Origin: Octopus vulgaris
Taxonomy: Eukaryota
Reading direction: 5' to 3'
DNA length: 64,000 nucleotides
Assembly (NCBI GenBank): GCA_951406725.2
Contig: OX597827.1
Coordinates: forward strand, 20,832,001 to 20,896,000
In this document: piece by piece, positions 63,711 to 64,000 of the stretch
Layout of the letters: each line of letters opens with the position of its first letter
Position numbering within the stretch: position 1 is the first letter of the stretch
Position numbers and translations under genes: made by a program
Notes under the pieces: model-generated
What the model was told of the DNA's origin: nothing
Database searches by the model: none
The model's input: only the letters and a program-made list of their open reading frames with translations

Positions 63711-64000
63711 CTTTAACTTACTGATCACCTCCTCCTCCAAACCCTTAGTCTACTTCACTCATTTTTTTCTTTTATATTTACAGTTTATCTTTTTTTTTCT
63801 TTTTTTTTTTGTTTAAATATGTTGAAAACTTGTGGAGACGTGTGTATATTATATGTATGTATGTGTGCATATAACTATGTGTGTGTGTATGAGGTATATG
63901 TATATGGTTATATATAAGTACGTGAATCTATAATACCTTTGTGAATATATATATATATATACATATGCACACATGCACATGTGTGTGTATGCATATATAC

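Overview
AT-rich, microsatellite-saturated eukaryotic non-coding DNA. The repeat repertoire (tRNA-derived SINEs, RTE LINEs with (TGA)n tails, abundant (TA)n/(CA)n/(GATA)n) looks like a cephalopod, probably Octopus; this is an inference from repeat style only. No intact host protein-coding gene can be shown, and nearly all ORF-track entries are microsatellite artefacts or decayed transposon frames. Supported content: one near-complete 5'-truncated RTE LINE plus several fragments, CR1-like RT relics, one mariner and two DD37D (maT-type) transposase pseudogenes, non-autonomous Helitrons and a decayed Helitron helicase, a MITE with an 8-bp TSD, and at least three tRNA-SINE families. Most notable: (i) a 5S rRNA-headed SINE-like chimera sharing its 3' tail with the commonest tRNA-SINE; (ii) minimal hammerhead ribozymes in (TA)n-associated Penelope-like termini, one with a compensatory U3-A8 core; (iii) a young 1.24-kb non-coding element with two apparently identical 459-bp direct repeats and a folded core; (iv) a PHD-like C4HC3 finger inside the RTE reverse transcriptase ORF; (v) one SINE head joined to three different tails; (vi) a tentative signal-peptide exon on the minus strand. 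All calls were made by eye; no searches or folding programs were run.
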